Part shown: positions 49,601-62,016 of the stretch, piece after piece
Layout: every line of letters begins with the position of its first letter
Position numbering within the stretch: the stretch's first letter is position 1
Assembly: GCF_964355755.1 (NCBI RefSeq)
Contig: NC_092673.1
Location: 4,340,001 to 4,404,000 of the forward strand
Length of the DNA stretch: 64,000 bases
Source: Antedon mediterranea
Lineage: Eukaryota > Animalia > Echinodermata
Direction: 5' to 3'
The notes under the pieces: model-generated
The model's input: the letters and a program-made list of their open reading frames with translations, nothing else
The model's database searches: none
What the model was told of the DNA's origin: nothing
Program-made: the position numbers and the translations under genes

Positions 49601-52600
49601 TTTTTAAGTTTTTTTTGTTTTATTTATTATTTGATCCACTCCTTTATATCAATGTACCATAGCTTTTCCGTAGTTGTATCAGTCGATCAAATAACTAAAT
49701 AAGGTTTTCCTTGAATTTGTTGTATATTTGTTTGTGAACCCATTTTTGTTTCCATCCCTTTATTATAGACACAACCAATGCTGAGCGATATGAATTCACA
49801 GTATTATATGGTATGTCAATAATTTGGTGTGTTATGGTGGTGGGTCTTTATTGGTGATGACTAGGTCATTGGTGGCTGGTTTGGTTGGTTGGTTGATTGA
49901 ATTCTCCATAAAATAATAACATTACGGATAAAAACAAAATAGCGTAGATAATGTAGTATATGGTGATTGCTATATTGATGTATGTATAACAGTTTTTGCT
50001 AATGTATGATGGAAAACTGAGATACAGTGTAATTAATATAATTTTTTTGTAAATGTACAAAATGGGCTATTATTACCCCCCCCCCCCCCCCTTCCTGTAA
50101 AGTAGTTGTTGAATGTATCTGAAATGAAAATCGCAAATTTGATTACATCAACTTGCTACTACTGTACTTTCATTTAGCAGTAGTGGCATTTTTACAGTGC
50201 TTTATATGTTAATGAATAATGCTTTTGACATACTATTCTATTCTGCCCTTGTGACATTATCTTGTCTTGTTATCTTGTGTTTTATGACATTAAGAAAATG
50301 TATTGCATGCATGGATGGTTTCTTTAAACTATAAAATACTTTATAGGTTTCATAAAAAAAATTCATTAGATAGATCATAGTACAGTAATAATAATTTACT
50401 GATATGTTTTGTACAGTCATTGAAATTATAATAATTAGATTATTAATATTCATTATTATAATTATCTACCTGCAGCAACCTGGTTTAGGGAATGTAATGG
50501 TAAGTTAATTATTCAATCCGGTGTGTGTGTTTTTGTTGTACCAATAGATGACGTATTACTTATGTACCATCAGTTGTATTTTCTTGTGGTTTAAAGTGAT
50601 GTAAAATTGTTGTTATTGATTGTATAATGTATTGTTTTCATATGATGATATGTTTTCGTAGTATCGTATTATAATTGTACAGTATATTTAAATATTTGAC
50701 TTTCTTAATTTCACATTTTCATTGATTGCATTTTATTTCTCCACAATTATTTAAAACATTTCCTTTCATGCTTTTTTTTCTAAACAAATTCCTCTGATTT
50801 TTTGAAAAACAAATTTTGTGAATACAACTAATTATTTTTAGCATTACTGTACCTTAGCATTTTTTAAAACTATAAATAAGTATGTTTCACTATTCATTGT
50901 TTTTAAAGTAAAAAGTGTTGGTTCTTTTCAAGTTCGGCCGCCGTCAATACTGACGATTGGCTACCATCTTTTCACATCTTATATCTTTCTTCCAAGCACG
51001 TCTGTTTTGAGCAAGACGCTTAGCTTGCACTAAACTCAATCCTGTCCATTCTTTGATGTTATTAAACCATTGTTTTATCTGATGGCCTCTTTTTCTCTTC
51101 TACTTTTTTGTCTAACATCTGCAGTGTTATGGCACTACCACTTCCTCTTATGATGTGGCAAAGTAGGCTAGTTGGTTCTATATGTCTATAAACTGTATTA
51201 TATTCAGTTTTTTCCAAACCTTGAAACATTATGTTCAAAGAACGAATCATTCAAGTTCTAATATGTAATACATGTTTCAGCTAATACTATCCAGAGTTAT
51301 TGGCAGCTTGAAGTTTTATTGTTTAATAGGTTTCTATTTTTGAATAACATAGAATACAATAGATAACAATATCTAAAATTCATGATATTTTGTCTTTTGT
51401 TTTTCAGCCAATGTCAACATCTTCGATGGGTTTGCAATCAACTCATCAAAAACCAACAATAAATACATTACCAACAACACCACAGGTAAACAAATATTTT
51501 TTATAAATATATTGATATCAACAATGTCTCTAAATTGATGAATACAATATTAAAATCTATAGGGAATCTATATACAGTATGTATAATTAATACTTTTAAC
51601 AAATAATCGAAGTGGTCTTGCTGTTTGGTAAAATGATATTAATACCGCAAGTGCATCTATGGTGTTAGAATAAGAGTTTTGAAAAGTGAAAATGATTTTG
51701 TTAGGTGTACTATGAACTATATTTTCAAATTTCTTCACTAAATGGAAGAAAATCCTATTTTAGTGCGATTTCCGTTTTGTATTGTTTGTTGTGTATATAT
51801 ATATATATATACAGTATATGGAATTTTTATACTGAAATAAATTGATCATTACCAATACCATCCTACTATTATTTTGCGTGTTTTTCTTTCAGAAAAACAC
51901 ATGGAGTGACTCAAAAGTAAACATAAATCTAGATTCGTTAAGTCCGGGAGATAAATATAAGAAAGTATCGCAGCCTACGATGAACCAACTAGGTAAACCC
52001 AGTCAAGCACCAGGTGTGTATATACAAAACAGTCATTCATTATATATTGTGTGGAGTTGGTGGTTATGATGCTTGACTACCAATCCAACGGTCCTGTCAT
52101 ATGTCAAGATTTTTTCAAATGACAAATTATAACTCCACTCACAAACACTTGTAATAAGACTTTGTTTATGTAGAGCATCATATATTGCCACCTTTAAGAA
52201 GGATAGTGAATGAATTCGCTTATGGTTATCCTTGGCAATTTGCCTAAATATATAAAAACAAAACATTACAACTAGAGAGCCAACTTAAACATATTCAGAA
52301 GTCACATCAGCCAATCAGATCTAGTATGTCCAGTGATATAAAATACAGTAGTGGTGGATAATACTTGGGCTGTATGCCAGGTCGTTTGTGACCAAGTTAT
52401 CAATGAAAATTTATTACATTTCAAAATGTTGTTTCATAATCTTTTTCCAGCCATTCTGACACGTTCTTTTCTTGCATAAACTGAGAAAGTATCTCTACTG
52501 TTTTCCATATGTATTTAGGTATATTTATTCAATAAAAACAATACATGTGCTGAATTTATGTATTCTTTAAAAACTGATATAAAACTATAGATATATATAT

Positions 52601-53294
52601 ATATATATAAAATCAAAACTTACAAAGATAAAATGTATATAAAAATAAAGATAGGCCAAATTTGAATGGATACAGTACATCAAAAATTTAATTTATTTAC
52701 TACTAATATTTTCTAATAATTTTATCAAATAAAGGACAGGAATGTTTTTAAATCTTTCAGTTTTTACGATAGGGATTTCACATTTCCTTTCTTTCCTATG
52801 TTGCATTGATGAGACATTTTATGATTAGGCGTCATAAATTTATTACATATTATGTAAATACATTTTTTTTCCCAACAGTATCCCATCAAGAGCAGCAACA
52901 ACAGATAACCAATAACATGGCACAAATAAATCTAGGAAATACAATGCCACATCAAGGAATGATGGGAATGCAACAGCAAAGCATGATGGGAATGATGCCT
53001 GGAATGATGCCGGGAATGCAACAACAAGGCAACATAGGAATGCAACAAGGAAACATGGGAATGCAACAAGGCAGTATGGGAATTCCACAAGGTAACATGG
53101 GAATGCAACAAGGCAGTATGGGAATTCCACAAGGTAACATGGGAATGCAACAAGGCAGTATGGGAATTCCACAAGGTAACATGGGAATGATGCAAGGCAA
53201 TATGGGTATGGCATACCAAGGAAATAATATGGGAATAAACATGATGATGAATCAGAGACAACAAATGGGTAATTTTGGAACGATGGGAAACTGA
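37615..53294 (+). CDS. CLINT1: Clathrin interactor 1 / epsinR (ENTH domain; up to ~817 aa)
   Basis: MQNAIWKIREISDKVTNVVMNYSEVEAKVREATNDEQWGP..WRRVYKSLLLLSYLILNGSERVV..DQGLNVR..KDKYVG; IDLGAAA, DLFADF, DFGDF, TWSD..NINLDSL; Met/Gln/Gly tail. Core exons 37615-37658, 38363-38564, 39989-40127, 40707-40850, 41957-42107, 42629-42821, 43099-43346, 43873-44212, 51893-52013, 52879-53294, plus candidate small exons between 45463 and 51485. Confidence 0.93.
41600..41769 (+). mobile_element. Possible 3' fragment of an RTE-type LINE
   Basis: Reads MDEIVEYARVGWNWCKETFAIRVPWRT (RTE C-terminal W..R..WR pattern) and ends in TGATGA. Confidence 0.35.
42191..42349. mobile_element. PIF/Harbinger-type MITE family A
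   Basis: TAA|AGCTCTGTCTACAC...GTGTAGAAAGAGCT|TAA. Confidence 0.8.
44326..44460. mobile_element. Short palindromic MITE (Harbinger-like)
   Basis: TIR AGCTGATTTTCCACT/AGTGGAAAATCGGCT. Confidence 0.6.
44905..45360. repeat. Minisatellite, ~29-bp unit
   Basis: About 15 copies of TTCACACTCAACTT(G/A)ATTTATACATTC(AG/CA/TG). Confidence 0.9.
45720..47108. mobile_element. Non-autonomous Kolobok-like DNA transposon (second family)
   Basis: TTAA|AGTGGAGCT...AGCTCCACT|TTAA; no ORF. Confidence 0.7.
49109..49466 (-). mobile_element. 5S rRNA-derived SINE (SINE3)
   Basis: Minus strand begins with a near full-length diverged 5S (ACCACGTTGAAACACCGGTTCTCGTCAGATCACCAAAGTTAAGCAACG..GGTTAG..CTTGGATGGGAGACC..TGGGAATA, ~49466-49358), runs on without a T-terminator into a ~220-bp body also present at 19213-19381, and ends in an A-rich tail. 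Confidence 0.85.
53014..53232 (+). repeat. Coding 21/42-nt tandem repeat in the CLINT1 tail
   Basis: GGAATGCAACAAGGCAGTATGGGAATTCCACAAGGTAACATG x3 plus degenerate 21-nt units encoding G[MI][QP]QG[NS]M. Confidence 0.85.
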
Positions 53295-56060
53295 TGTCGG
53301 CTTATAGATAAATAATAAATTTTCTTATGTAAAAATAAATAAATATAGAATTTAAATAATAAAATGAGGGATATATATGTAATAAAAAGTGTGAAAATGA
53401 GTGTACACAGAATAAACCATTGAGAATAACTGGTCATTTGGGAGATGACATCAAATAATATATAATATTAATAAAAATAATTTCCTCAACAACATTCATT
53501 TTATAATCATCAGCCTTACCTATGTTAACAGTAATATATTAAGTTACAATTTTGTACTAAGTTGATTTTAGGGGAATGTGAATTAGATCACTATCAATTT
53601 TATTTATCTTATTTCACTTATAGTAGAAACATTTAAAATCATTATGGGACGCTAGTTTACAGGTGAAGAAAGTAAACCAAATAGTTATTAATTACCAAAA
53701 CATTATTATTTTAATGAAATTTAGGTACTTACTAATAAAGAATTTCTAAAAGGAATTAGGTTTGGGGTTATTCCCCCAGCCAATGACATCATCGGTGTAC
53801 TGTAACCGTAGATTGATTAAACACTGATTAATATGAACTTAAATAGAATAAATTTGAATAAACTTTAAACTTTTGTATGACATCAGTACTGCAGGATTGT
53901 TTTGAGCACACTAAAAAAAAGGATTTTAAAGTTTGAACTTTGTGATTATCACGTCCACACAGTATAAATGTGACTTTTCACGATCAACTATATAAGTTGT
54001 GTTTACCGGACATTTCCTTTTCGAATTTCTGCTTATTTTGGTGCATTTTTGTATTCCTCGAACGACCGAATTATGTGCGCGTTAAAATGGCACGTTCATT
54101 GACAAAGTGTTGTTATTCGGTTGACAGCCAAGAAAACGTAGGGTTGCAAGTTCAATTTTGACATTGTGAAATTTAGTTGAGAAACGACAATAACAAGTTG
54201 CTGGTACTGTCGTAGGGAATAATAAGCTGGTTATTAACAAGTTATGCTGGCTGAAGTATAGTGTCAGGGAGTGTTTAAATGCTATTAAACAGGACAAGCT
54301 GTCATTAGCAAACCAACTTAAATCAATATATAACTTTTGTTATTTTAATAATTGCATGAATAACGCAACAGTATAGATAATAGTAACCGCAGTCACAAAA
54401 TATATTTGATAAATTCAGCAAATTTACTTTGGATTGTATATTTAGTATACCTTCAGGGACCTATTATCATTTATAAATCATAAATAAGTACAGTGGAACC
54501 TCTTTTAAGGGGACATCTTTGGAACCTAAGTGTCCCCTTAACACATTTCTACTTTCATAAAATGTTTTAAAATGAATTTCAAGTTTAATTGATTACAATA
54601 ATAATAATAATAATTCAAGTTTTATTGCAACTACAGTAGTTTTAATATATTGCATAAAGTATTACCATCATTTAAAGCAAAATGTATGATCTCCTTGATT
54701 GCTAAAAAGCAGATTTGATTTGGTCAAGAAATGTGGTTAGGTCAAATTTATTTATTTAACAACCGCTACATTCTTCTTCTTATACAATAAAAATGTCCTA
54801 AAAGGGCAAAATAAGGAAAAGACTAATTTGCTTTTTTGAACAAAAATGTTATTTTAAGATGATTTCTTTGTAAAAACTGCTTTCTCTTGGAAAATTGTAG
54901 TCACCTAATTCAATGAATTTACAATGTGTATTTGTCATCTTTACGGAATAAAATCCCTGGAAATTATTATTATTGATGTCTATGTACCCTGATTGTTGTA
55001 TATCCACAAAATCAATTATGTTTTTAGTGGAAAAAATTATATTTATTTACATACAACAGCTGAATTGAAATATAACATTGTCTACTTATTCCATAACTAT
55101 TTTTATACCAAGATAATTGTACGTTACACCAGTGTAATATAAATGCTTTTATGTTTGTCTATGAAATTATTAATTTATATATTTTGTTGTTAATCTTTAC
55201 TCAGTTTTGTTTATTTACTTATACCATAATTATCTTTTTTTTCCCATTTTAATTAAAATTAGAATCAATTGTAATAAAATGATTTATGTGACATTTATTG
55301 TCATAAAAAATGTGGATAATTTAAAAGTAATTTTTTGTTATCACTTGTGCATTTGTTTTGTGTGTATATTGTTGGTGAACTGTTTCATGGCAAAATGTAC
55401 TTGCACCGCCCGTTAGGTTGACAATTTACTGTACATAAAATGTACAGTAAATTACATTACAAGGGGGAAATAATTGATTATAGTGAATAATTCTACTTCT
55501 CTGTTTTTATATTATGTAATGATTTATATATTATGTTTCTGTGTAATAATATTCTTTCAAATATATAATTTTTTTTAGAATAAAATAAATGATTTCTTGT
55601 TGAGTTCATATAGGCACTGAGTGTGTGACTGTTTTGTGTATTAAGTAGATCTAGCTACTCGTATCAGGTCATACTCATTTTTAAACGAGTATTTATACCT
55701 ATTTAAAACACACCAGTCGACATGACAATATTGTAAGCCTACTGTTAATGTCGGTCTGTGAACAAAAGACTTTGAAATGTAAACAAAACCTTGTATATTA
55801 TACTGAACAGAAATCATGTATTATTATTATTACTATTATTATCAGAAATGAACATACGATTATTAAAGATAATGTTTTATGTAACATTTGTTTTCGTGTT
55901 TTAATATCATTGTTTAGGTCCATTACCGGAAATTACTAATGTAGGCCTATACTATACATTGTTTTGTTATGCTAGTGCCTTTTCGATAACAAAATATACA
56001 TTAGTGCAAGAGAAAAAAAAACGGCACTCATAAAGTCAAAAAATAAAATAAAAATAGAGT

Positions 56061-56124
56061 CACCTTGACAAGGATTCGAACCTGGGTTTTTACGACCACA
56101 ACGCACTAACCACTATATCACGGC
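56061..56124 (-). pseudogene. tRNA-His pseudogene (internal deletions)
   Basis: Degenerate copy of the array unit with D-arm and anticodon-arm deletions. Confidence 0.7.
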
Positions 56125-56188
56125 GAGCTACGCAGAACAGAAACAAAACACGGAACTCGTCGTAAAGTATAAAACAATCCGTCGTGGA

Positions 56189-56263
56189 TGCCGAGACCAG
56201 GATTCGAACTTCCTGGGTTATTGCGGCCACAACGCAATGTACTAACCACTAAACGATCACGGC
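56189..56263 (-). pseudogene. tRNA-His(GTG) probable pseudogene
   Basis: 3-nt insertion in the T-stem and an acceptor-stem mismatch relative to the intact copies. Confidence 0.65.
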
Positions 56264-56410
56264 GAGCTACATTGGACACATCCATTGACAACAAAAACGT
56301 ATTGTGCAACTCTTCTAATGTAGATAGAAAATACTACGTATACAATATTTAGGCATGAAGAAAACAAAACACGGCACTCGTTAAGTTTTAAACAAAAAGC
56401 GCGGCCAATC

Positions 56411-56482
56411 TGCCGTGACCAGGATTCGAACCTGGGTTATTGCGGCCACAACACAATGTACTAACCGCTATAATATCATGGC
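56411..56482 (-). tRNA. tRNA-His(GTG), divergent copy
   Basis: 72 nt; several substitutions in the acceptor, D and anticodon stems; may be non-functional. Confidence 0.6.
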
Positions 56483-56626
56483 GAGCTACATAGAACATAT
56501 GCAGTGACAACAAAAATGTAATGTGCAACTCTTCTAATGTAGATAGAAAATACTACTACAGTATTCAGGCCTGAAGAAAACAAAACACGGCACTCGTTAA
56601 GTTTTAAACAAAAAACGCGTCGTAAA

Positions 56627-56698
56627 TGCCGTGACCAGGATTCGAACCTGGGTTATTGCGGCCACAACGCAATGTACTAACCACTATACGATCACGGC
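56627..56698 (-). tRNA. tRNA-His(GTG)
   Basis: GCCGTGATCGTATAGTGGTTAGTACATTGCGTTGTGGCCGCAATAACCCAGGTTCGAATCCTGGTCACGGCA; full cloverleaf; downstream T-run. Confidence 0.97.
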
Positions 56699-56842
56699 GA
56701 GCTACATACAACATTTGCAGTGACAACAAAAACGTAATGTGCAACTCTTCTAATGTAGATAGAAAATACTACTACAGTATTCAGGCCTGAAGAAAACAAA
56801 ACACGGCACTCGTTAAGTTTTAAACAAAAAACGCGTCGTAAA

Positions 56843-56914
56843 TGCCGTGACCAGGATTCGAACCTGGGTTATTGCGGCCACAACGCAATGTACTAACCAC
56901 TATACGATCACGGC
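56843..56914 (-). tRNA. tRNA-His(GTG)
   Basis: Identical to 56627-56698. Confidence 0.97.
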
Positions 56915-57059
56915 GATCTACGCAGAAGAGATAATTTCTTTGACTACAAAAATATAATGTGTAACTCTTCAAATGTAAGCCTAGATAGAAAATACTATTA
57001 TGTAAAGAAAACAAAACACGGCGCTCGTCGTAAGTTATAAACAAAAAGCGCGTCCTGAA

Positions 57060-57131
57060 TGCCGTGACCAGGATTCGAACCTGGGTTATTGCGGCCACAA
57101 CGTAATGTACAAACCACTATACGATCACGGC
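57060..57131 (-). tRNA. tRNA-His(GTG), two substitutions
   Basis: 72 nt; one D-loop change and one anticodon-stem change. Confidence 0.8.
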
Positions 57132-57224
57132 GGGCTACGAAGAACAGACATTTTCCAAATGTAATTTGTAAGTCTTCTATTTAAATTTAATGAATACAAA
57201 ATACGTGAGGAGTAAACATACAAA

Positions 57225-57293
57225 TGCCGCGACCACCTGGATTCGAACATGGGTTGCGGCCACAACGCAATGCACTACTATTACGATCACGGC
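57225..57293 (-). pseudogene. tRNA-His pseudogene
   Basis: Multiple indels in the D, variable and T regions. Confidence 0.7.
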
Positions 57294-57322
57294 GAGGTAC
57301 GTGGAAAGTCGAGTCGTCTTTA

Positions 57323-57494
57323 AGCGTGGTTCCCACTAGCGACGCAACGCAAGGACGTAACGCAACGCAAGTGAATTGACCAATCACAAGCGATGGCTTA
57401 TTCGCTTGTGACTGTCTATATCTTCGCTTGTCATTGGTTAAAACGCTTGCGTTGCGTTTACGTCCTTGCGTTACGTTCTAGTGGGAACCAAACT
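57323..57494. mobile_element. PIF/Harbinger-type MITE family B
   Basis: Near-identical to 20488-20666; TTA flanks. Confidence 0.8.
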
Positions 57495-59314
57495 TTAGAT
57501 AGCGTCGGACGGGCGTAGTTTGTAGGTCGTCGTCGGGAGAACTTTAAACATGCTTAATTTTCTCCCGACGAGACGACTCGTCGGGCCTCATTGTACGACG
57601 CTGTCTGAGTTGACCTTTATACGACCACGTAGCTTCGTATACGTGCAGTTGTGACAGTTTAAAATATTAAGTTTTATGATACATAGTATTTTAGAACGTT
57701 GGTTGATTGACTAACGCATTTTTCTTTATGACTTTTAAGGCATACCAGTATATGTATGGCGGCCCTGTCAAATATAAACTTCACAGGGTAGTAAAAAAAC
57801 CGTTAGTAAATATTTGCATATAGCATCGCATCCGGCAAAGTCTAATAATACTGCTTGTTTACATTGTTGTACAATTACTGTTATTATCCCTATTATGTTT
57901 TTATAAATTTTGATTATACAGGTTATAGTTTTCTTTATATCGTATCGATCACGTCCCTCTCGCATGCAAAACGAACGATTAGATAGCAGGCCTATCTCCT
58001 GTTCATCACGTTGACTCTGTACGCTTAAGCCTTGTATACACGGTCAAACTTTATGTGACAAAAAAATATGATGGACATGAAGATGTCATATCACTACCAT
58101 ATTTGGGTAACACTACTATATTTCCGGCCACATCACAGATTTGTCAAACTAGTTCGATAATGTAGACAGAACTTTACATATCGTGGAATGCATAATGACA
58201 CTTTCTTCTTCTGTCACAGGTTTACCCGTTGGCCAGTGTTTAAGAGTCTGCCTCGACCAAAGGAATTTGGCGCAGATGGGATAATTTTCAAATACGTTTT
58301 TCGAATTTGAAGAACCACTGGCAGTAGCTTCATATAGCTTAAGCTCTGTCTACATTATAAAACTAGTTTGGCAAAAACTGTGATGGTGATAATATGACAT
58401 AATTTTATTTCCTCATGGACTTTTTTAAAATTAAAAGTTGCAAAACACCCTGTGTGGACAAACAAAATTTAACAATAACAACACAATTTTTCCCTAAACT
58501 ACTTTGGTTTTATTACTTTGATCACCAAGATTTTATAATATCAGAAAGTCAGTTAAACTTATATTTGAAAACGGTCGTGAGGAGACGCGCAATGCTTTTA
58601 CGTAATGGAAATGCAAAACATCCGCGTTCTCTCTTCGTGACGTAACGTAAAACGTAATCTCAAACGAGACGAACGCCAACGATTGTAACGTTCCGTTCAG
58701 TGCATGATGTAAGCATAGTATGCTTCTAGCTTTTGTTATCCTTTATGCGTACATGCTTTTGACTAGGTAAAAGATTGAATATTGTTTAACACTACAAAGC
58801 TAATACACGTTTTTCTAAGATACAATAATACTAATAATATAATAGTACAACAGAATAATTAGGATTATTCTGAGTGTTAGAGTAGTTCTAAATAGACGGC
58901 CGCCGGTAATTAGCATGGTACAATTGAATGATAATTCATGCAAAAGTTTAGTTTGGAACAAAGGATAAACATTAATAATTAATAGTACAACATTAATGTA
59001 ATAATAATAAATCAATAAAAAATAAATAAATAAAATAGATCATCAACGTATGCGGACATGACGTAAAATGTCATATAATATACGTCACATAATGTACGTG
59101 ACTACTAAATGATATATTTTCTTTGAATTAAAATTAATGGGATACAATATTGTCTATAGGCGAGGCTTATGGTAAATGTCCATTCACTCAACTTCGCCTA
59201 GATCCACATACGAAACATATTAAAAACTTTCAATTTGTAAAAAAAATAGATGAATTTGTTAATTGGCTTACGCACGAGACAACACCGCGACACTTAATCT
59301 ACAACGCGTTTTGA

Positions 59315-60399
59315 TTAAACGGAAAGATGATCAAATTCACTATTGTCCTGTGTGCTAGGCCACACCTGCTTGGGTCCATTCCACTGCGTAATACCGTACG
59401 TAAGTCCTTCTGACCGTTCTTTTTTGTAACCTAAACAATGCGAAACGTAACGTACTCCCTGGATAATACGATCACGATTACGATGTTGGTGTCCGTAAAC
59501 GTGAACGTCGGCACCGGCGTCGCGTAACTGATCATCTAGCGCGTTACAGCCTGCGTAGCGCGTAAAATTAAACCCTTTAACGGCACCTTGACGCTTCGGC
59601 ACGCAGCACGGTAGGCCTAAATGCTGTCTCTCCTTCTTCACTTTCTGGTCGTCATCGCTGTTGGCTCGTATAAGTTCCATACGTGGAACAAAATGACTAA
59701 ACGTGATGACCGGTGCATCGTATGGACGTTCCACGCGATCTTTATTTTGTTCGGCGAAATATCTTGATCTTGATTTACCCATATTCGTCGGCCATTTACA
59801 CATATGGTTGTCCATCCATAATGTTTTCGTTAGGTTGACGTCTTCGTAGCTGCCTGGAACATAAAGTGAATCGCGCCTGTCTTCCTCCGGTGTTGTGTAC
59901 CAAGAAAAAAGAGGGACAATCCACACTGAACCATCGAAACTGTTTATTTTCTTTGGATCGGTGTGGATTCCGTTCTTTTTACACATCTCGATGATGCGAT
60001 TGAACTTAGTGATACTAGAGTCCTTACAGGTCTTATCCCTAATCCACAGTTCATGGTTCCCTACAAATAATAATATCAATAATAAAGTATATTAGGCTTA
60101 TATTTTCGAATGAAATTTTGCAAATGAATTGAGACCGCTAACATACGCCGCATAGTAGGCCTATCATATTTTTATAGTAAAAAAAAAAAAATAAGAAACG
60201 CACCTGGTACAAAAAACACTTCTTTAAACTTTTTCTTGAGGCTGACAAGAGTTGTTTTTAGAAGGTTTAAACAATCCGTTACATCGCCTGCAACGAGAAG
60301 TACGTCCTCCTGGTAACGAGAGAACGAAAGCTCCTCGACCCACTTAAGATTGTCTGGGTGGTCGACATGAAGGTCTGATATTGCATAGACACGACTCAT
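59315..60399 (-). CDS. Calcineurin-like metallophosphoesterase, PptH/ACP-phosphodiesterase-like (~313 aa, 2 coding exons)
   Basis: Exons 60399-60204 and 60060-59315 join in frame (VPG|NHELW). Motifs AISDLH, VAGD, GNHE, FSHF, YGHQH. The frame stays open ~120 nt upstream of the ATG, so an extra 5' exon is possible. Confidence 0.88.
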
Positions 60400-62016
60400 C
60401 GTAGATGGTCTTGTTTTTAGAACCGGATGGAGATGACGGAAGGGCGGCGACGACGACGGCGGCTTTTCCGGAGCATACGGAACGGTTGCCTTGGCTGTAG
60501 AAACTAGACAACGAAGGACTTAACTGACATAACTTTTCTTTTATATGTACATATAGGCCTACCCTTATATTTATGATTTATTATGAATAGTGATTAAATG
60601 GTGCTGGTAGATAAAAACATACTTTAATATAAATTATGATTATTAATGAAGTTGTGTTTTTATTTATAACTGTCCAATCAAACGATTTTATTATCCACAG
60701 ACTATGACGTCGTAAAACATTTAGCCAATAGGAAGACGATATCGATCCGCTTTTTAGAAACACGCACTTGTCGGCCAAAAATACACATTTTCGATTGAAA
60801 AGTACCAACAGTCGCGGTCGCGGTGGGTGGTTGGTACACGCACTTTCTGAAGGCTACGCGCTTCCATTTTCAAGCGCGCGGCGTATCAGTACAGGCGTAC
60901 GCGTTTCCGTTTCTATAAAAGTGTGTTGAACTGAAACAATTATAGTGTAATGTAATAAGGTAGTAGTATTATTAAATTTCTATACAATTAAGAGTACTGT
61001 ATACCAAAGATAACTATTATATCAATTTTAATTGTACAAAATTGTTAACTTGAACGTTTTATTTTATTGCGTGATACGCTCCCATCGGCGGCGAATAAAT
61101 GACTTCATCGTTGGTGGCAGCATTGAATGTTTTCATCCCATAAAAACAAAGATGTTGATGGCTCGTCCATCTTAAAATAATTAATTAAATTGCTATTATT
61201 ACTGCGTCAAAAAGATATCAAATTGCGTTGGCAGGTAGGGTATGTATTTAATTATTTAACATACATTATAATGAATTTAATTAAGAACGTAGGCCTGGCT
61301 AGGGACAGGTTGTCCTGAGTCTGAGACAATGCTACTGCATCTATCTATAAGAGGTGTGGTGGAGTATTGTTAGAGTATAAAAAAGTACAACAACCTGCTA
61401 TATGTTATGATTCATTCCCAGAATTTAGCTCAAAGTGGCTCATCTTCGGCTTAAAGCTCTGTTAAGCTGGGTATTGCTGTTAATAATACTGTAATAATAT
61501 AGGCTAGTAGATTTTAATTGTAAAATTAATACATTCATAATTGATATAGGCCTAGTTATGAATAAATAAACATACATGAATTATTCAACAATTACACTAT
61601 TGATTAACTACAGAAGGTAATGTAATTAATGTATTACTATTATTATGAATTGATGAATAATTATTTAAACATAAATTATAATGAATCAATCTCACAATAC
61701 ATGATAATTGAAATGCACATTTTTACAGTAAAGTAATCATGTAAAAAGTGTGACGGCACTGACTTGCTTTAACGGCTGCCAATTAGTCAGCGGTCTAATG
61801 ATTGTGTTTTCGATTCCTGGACGATGCTTTTCTTACTTTCTTTTTCTTAGGGCTGCCCCACTCACTCACTATTTGCTTAGATGGTTTTTACGATAGTGTT
61901 AACAGCATACGTATTGTTGTGTGTGAAACAATTGAAATGTAATTTATAGTATTTTCTTAACTATTAACCAATTGAAATGTGGTTGATAATTATCGGCAAG
62001 TCACTTCACGATCTTA

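Noticed and set aside
52843-53264. Cys-rich and His-rich minus-strand ORFs (metallothionein-like)
   Set aside because: Antisense readings of the CLINT1 coding repeat.
56118-57387. ORFs containing RRDR.VVSTLRCGRNNPGSNPG
   Set aside because: Translations of tRNA-His copies.
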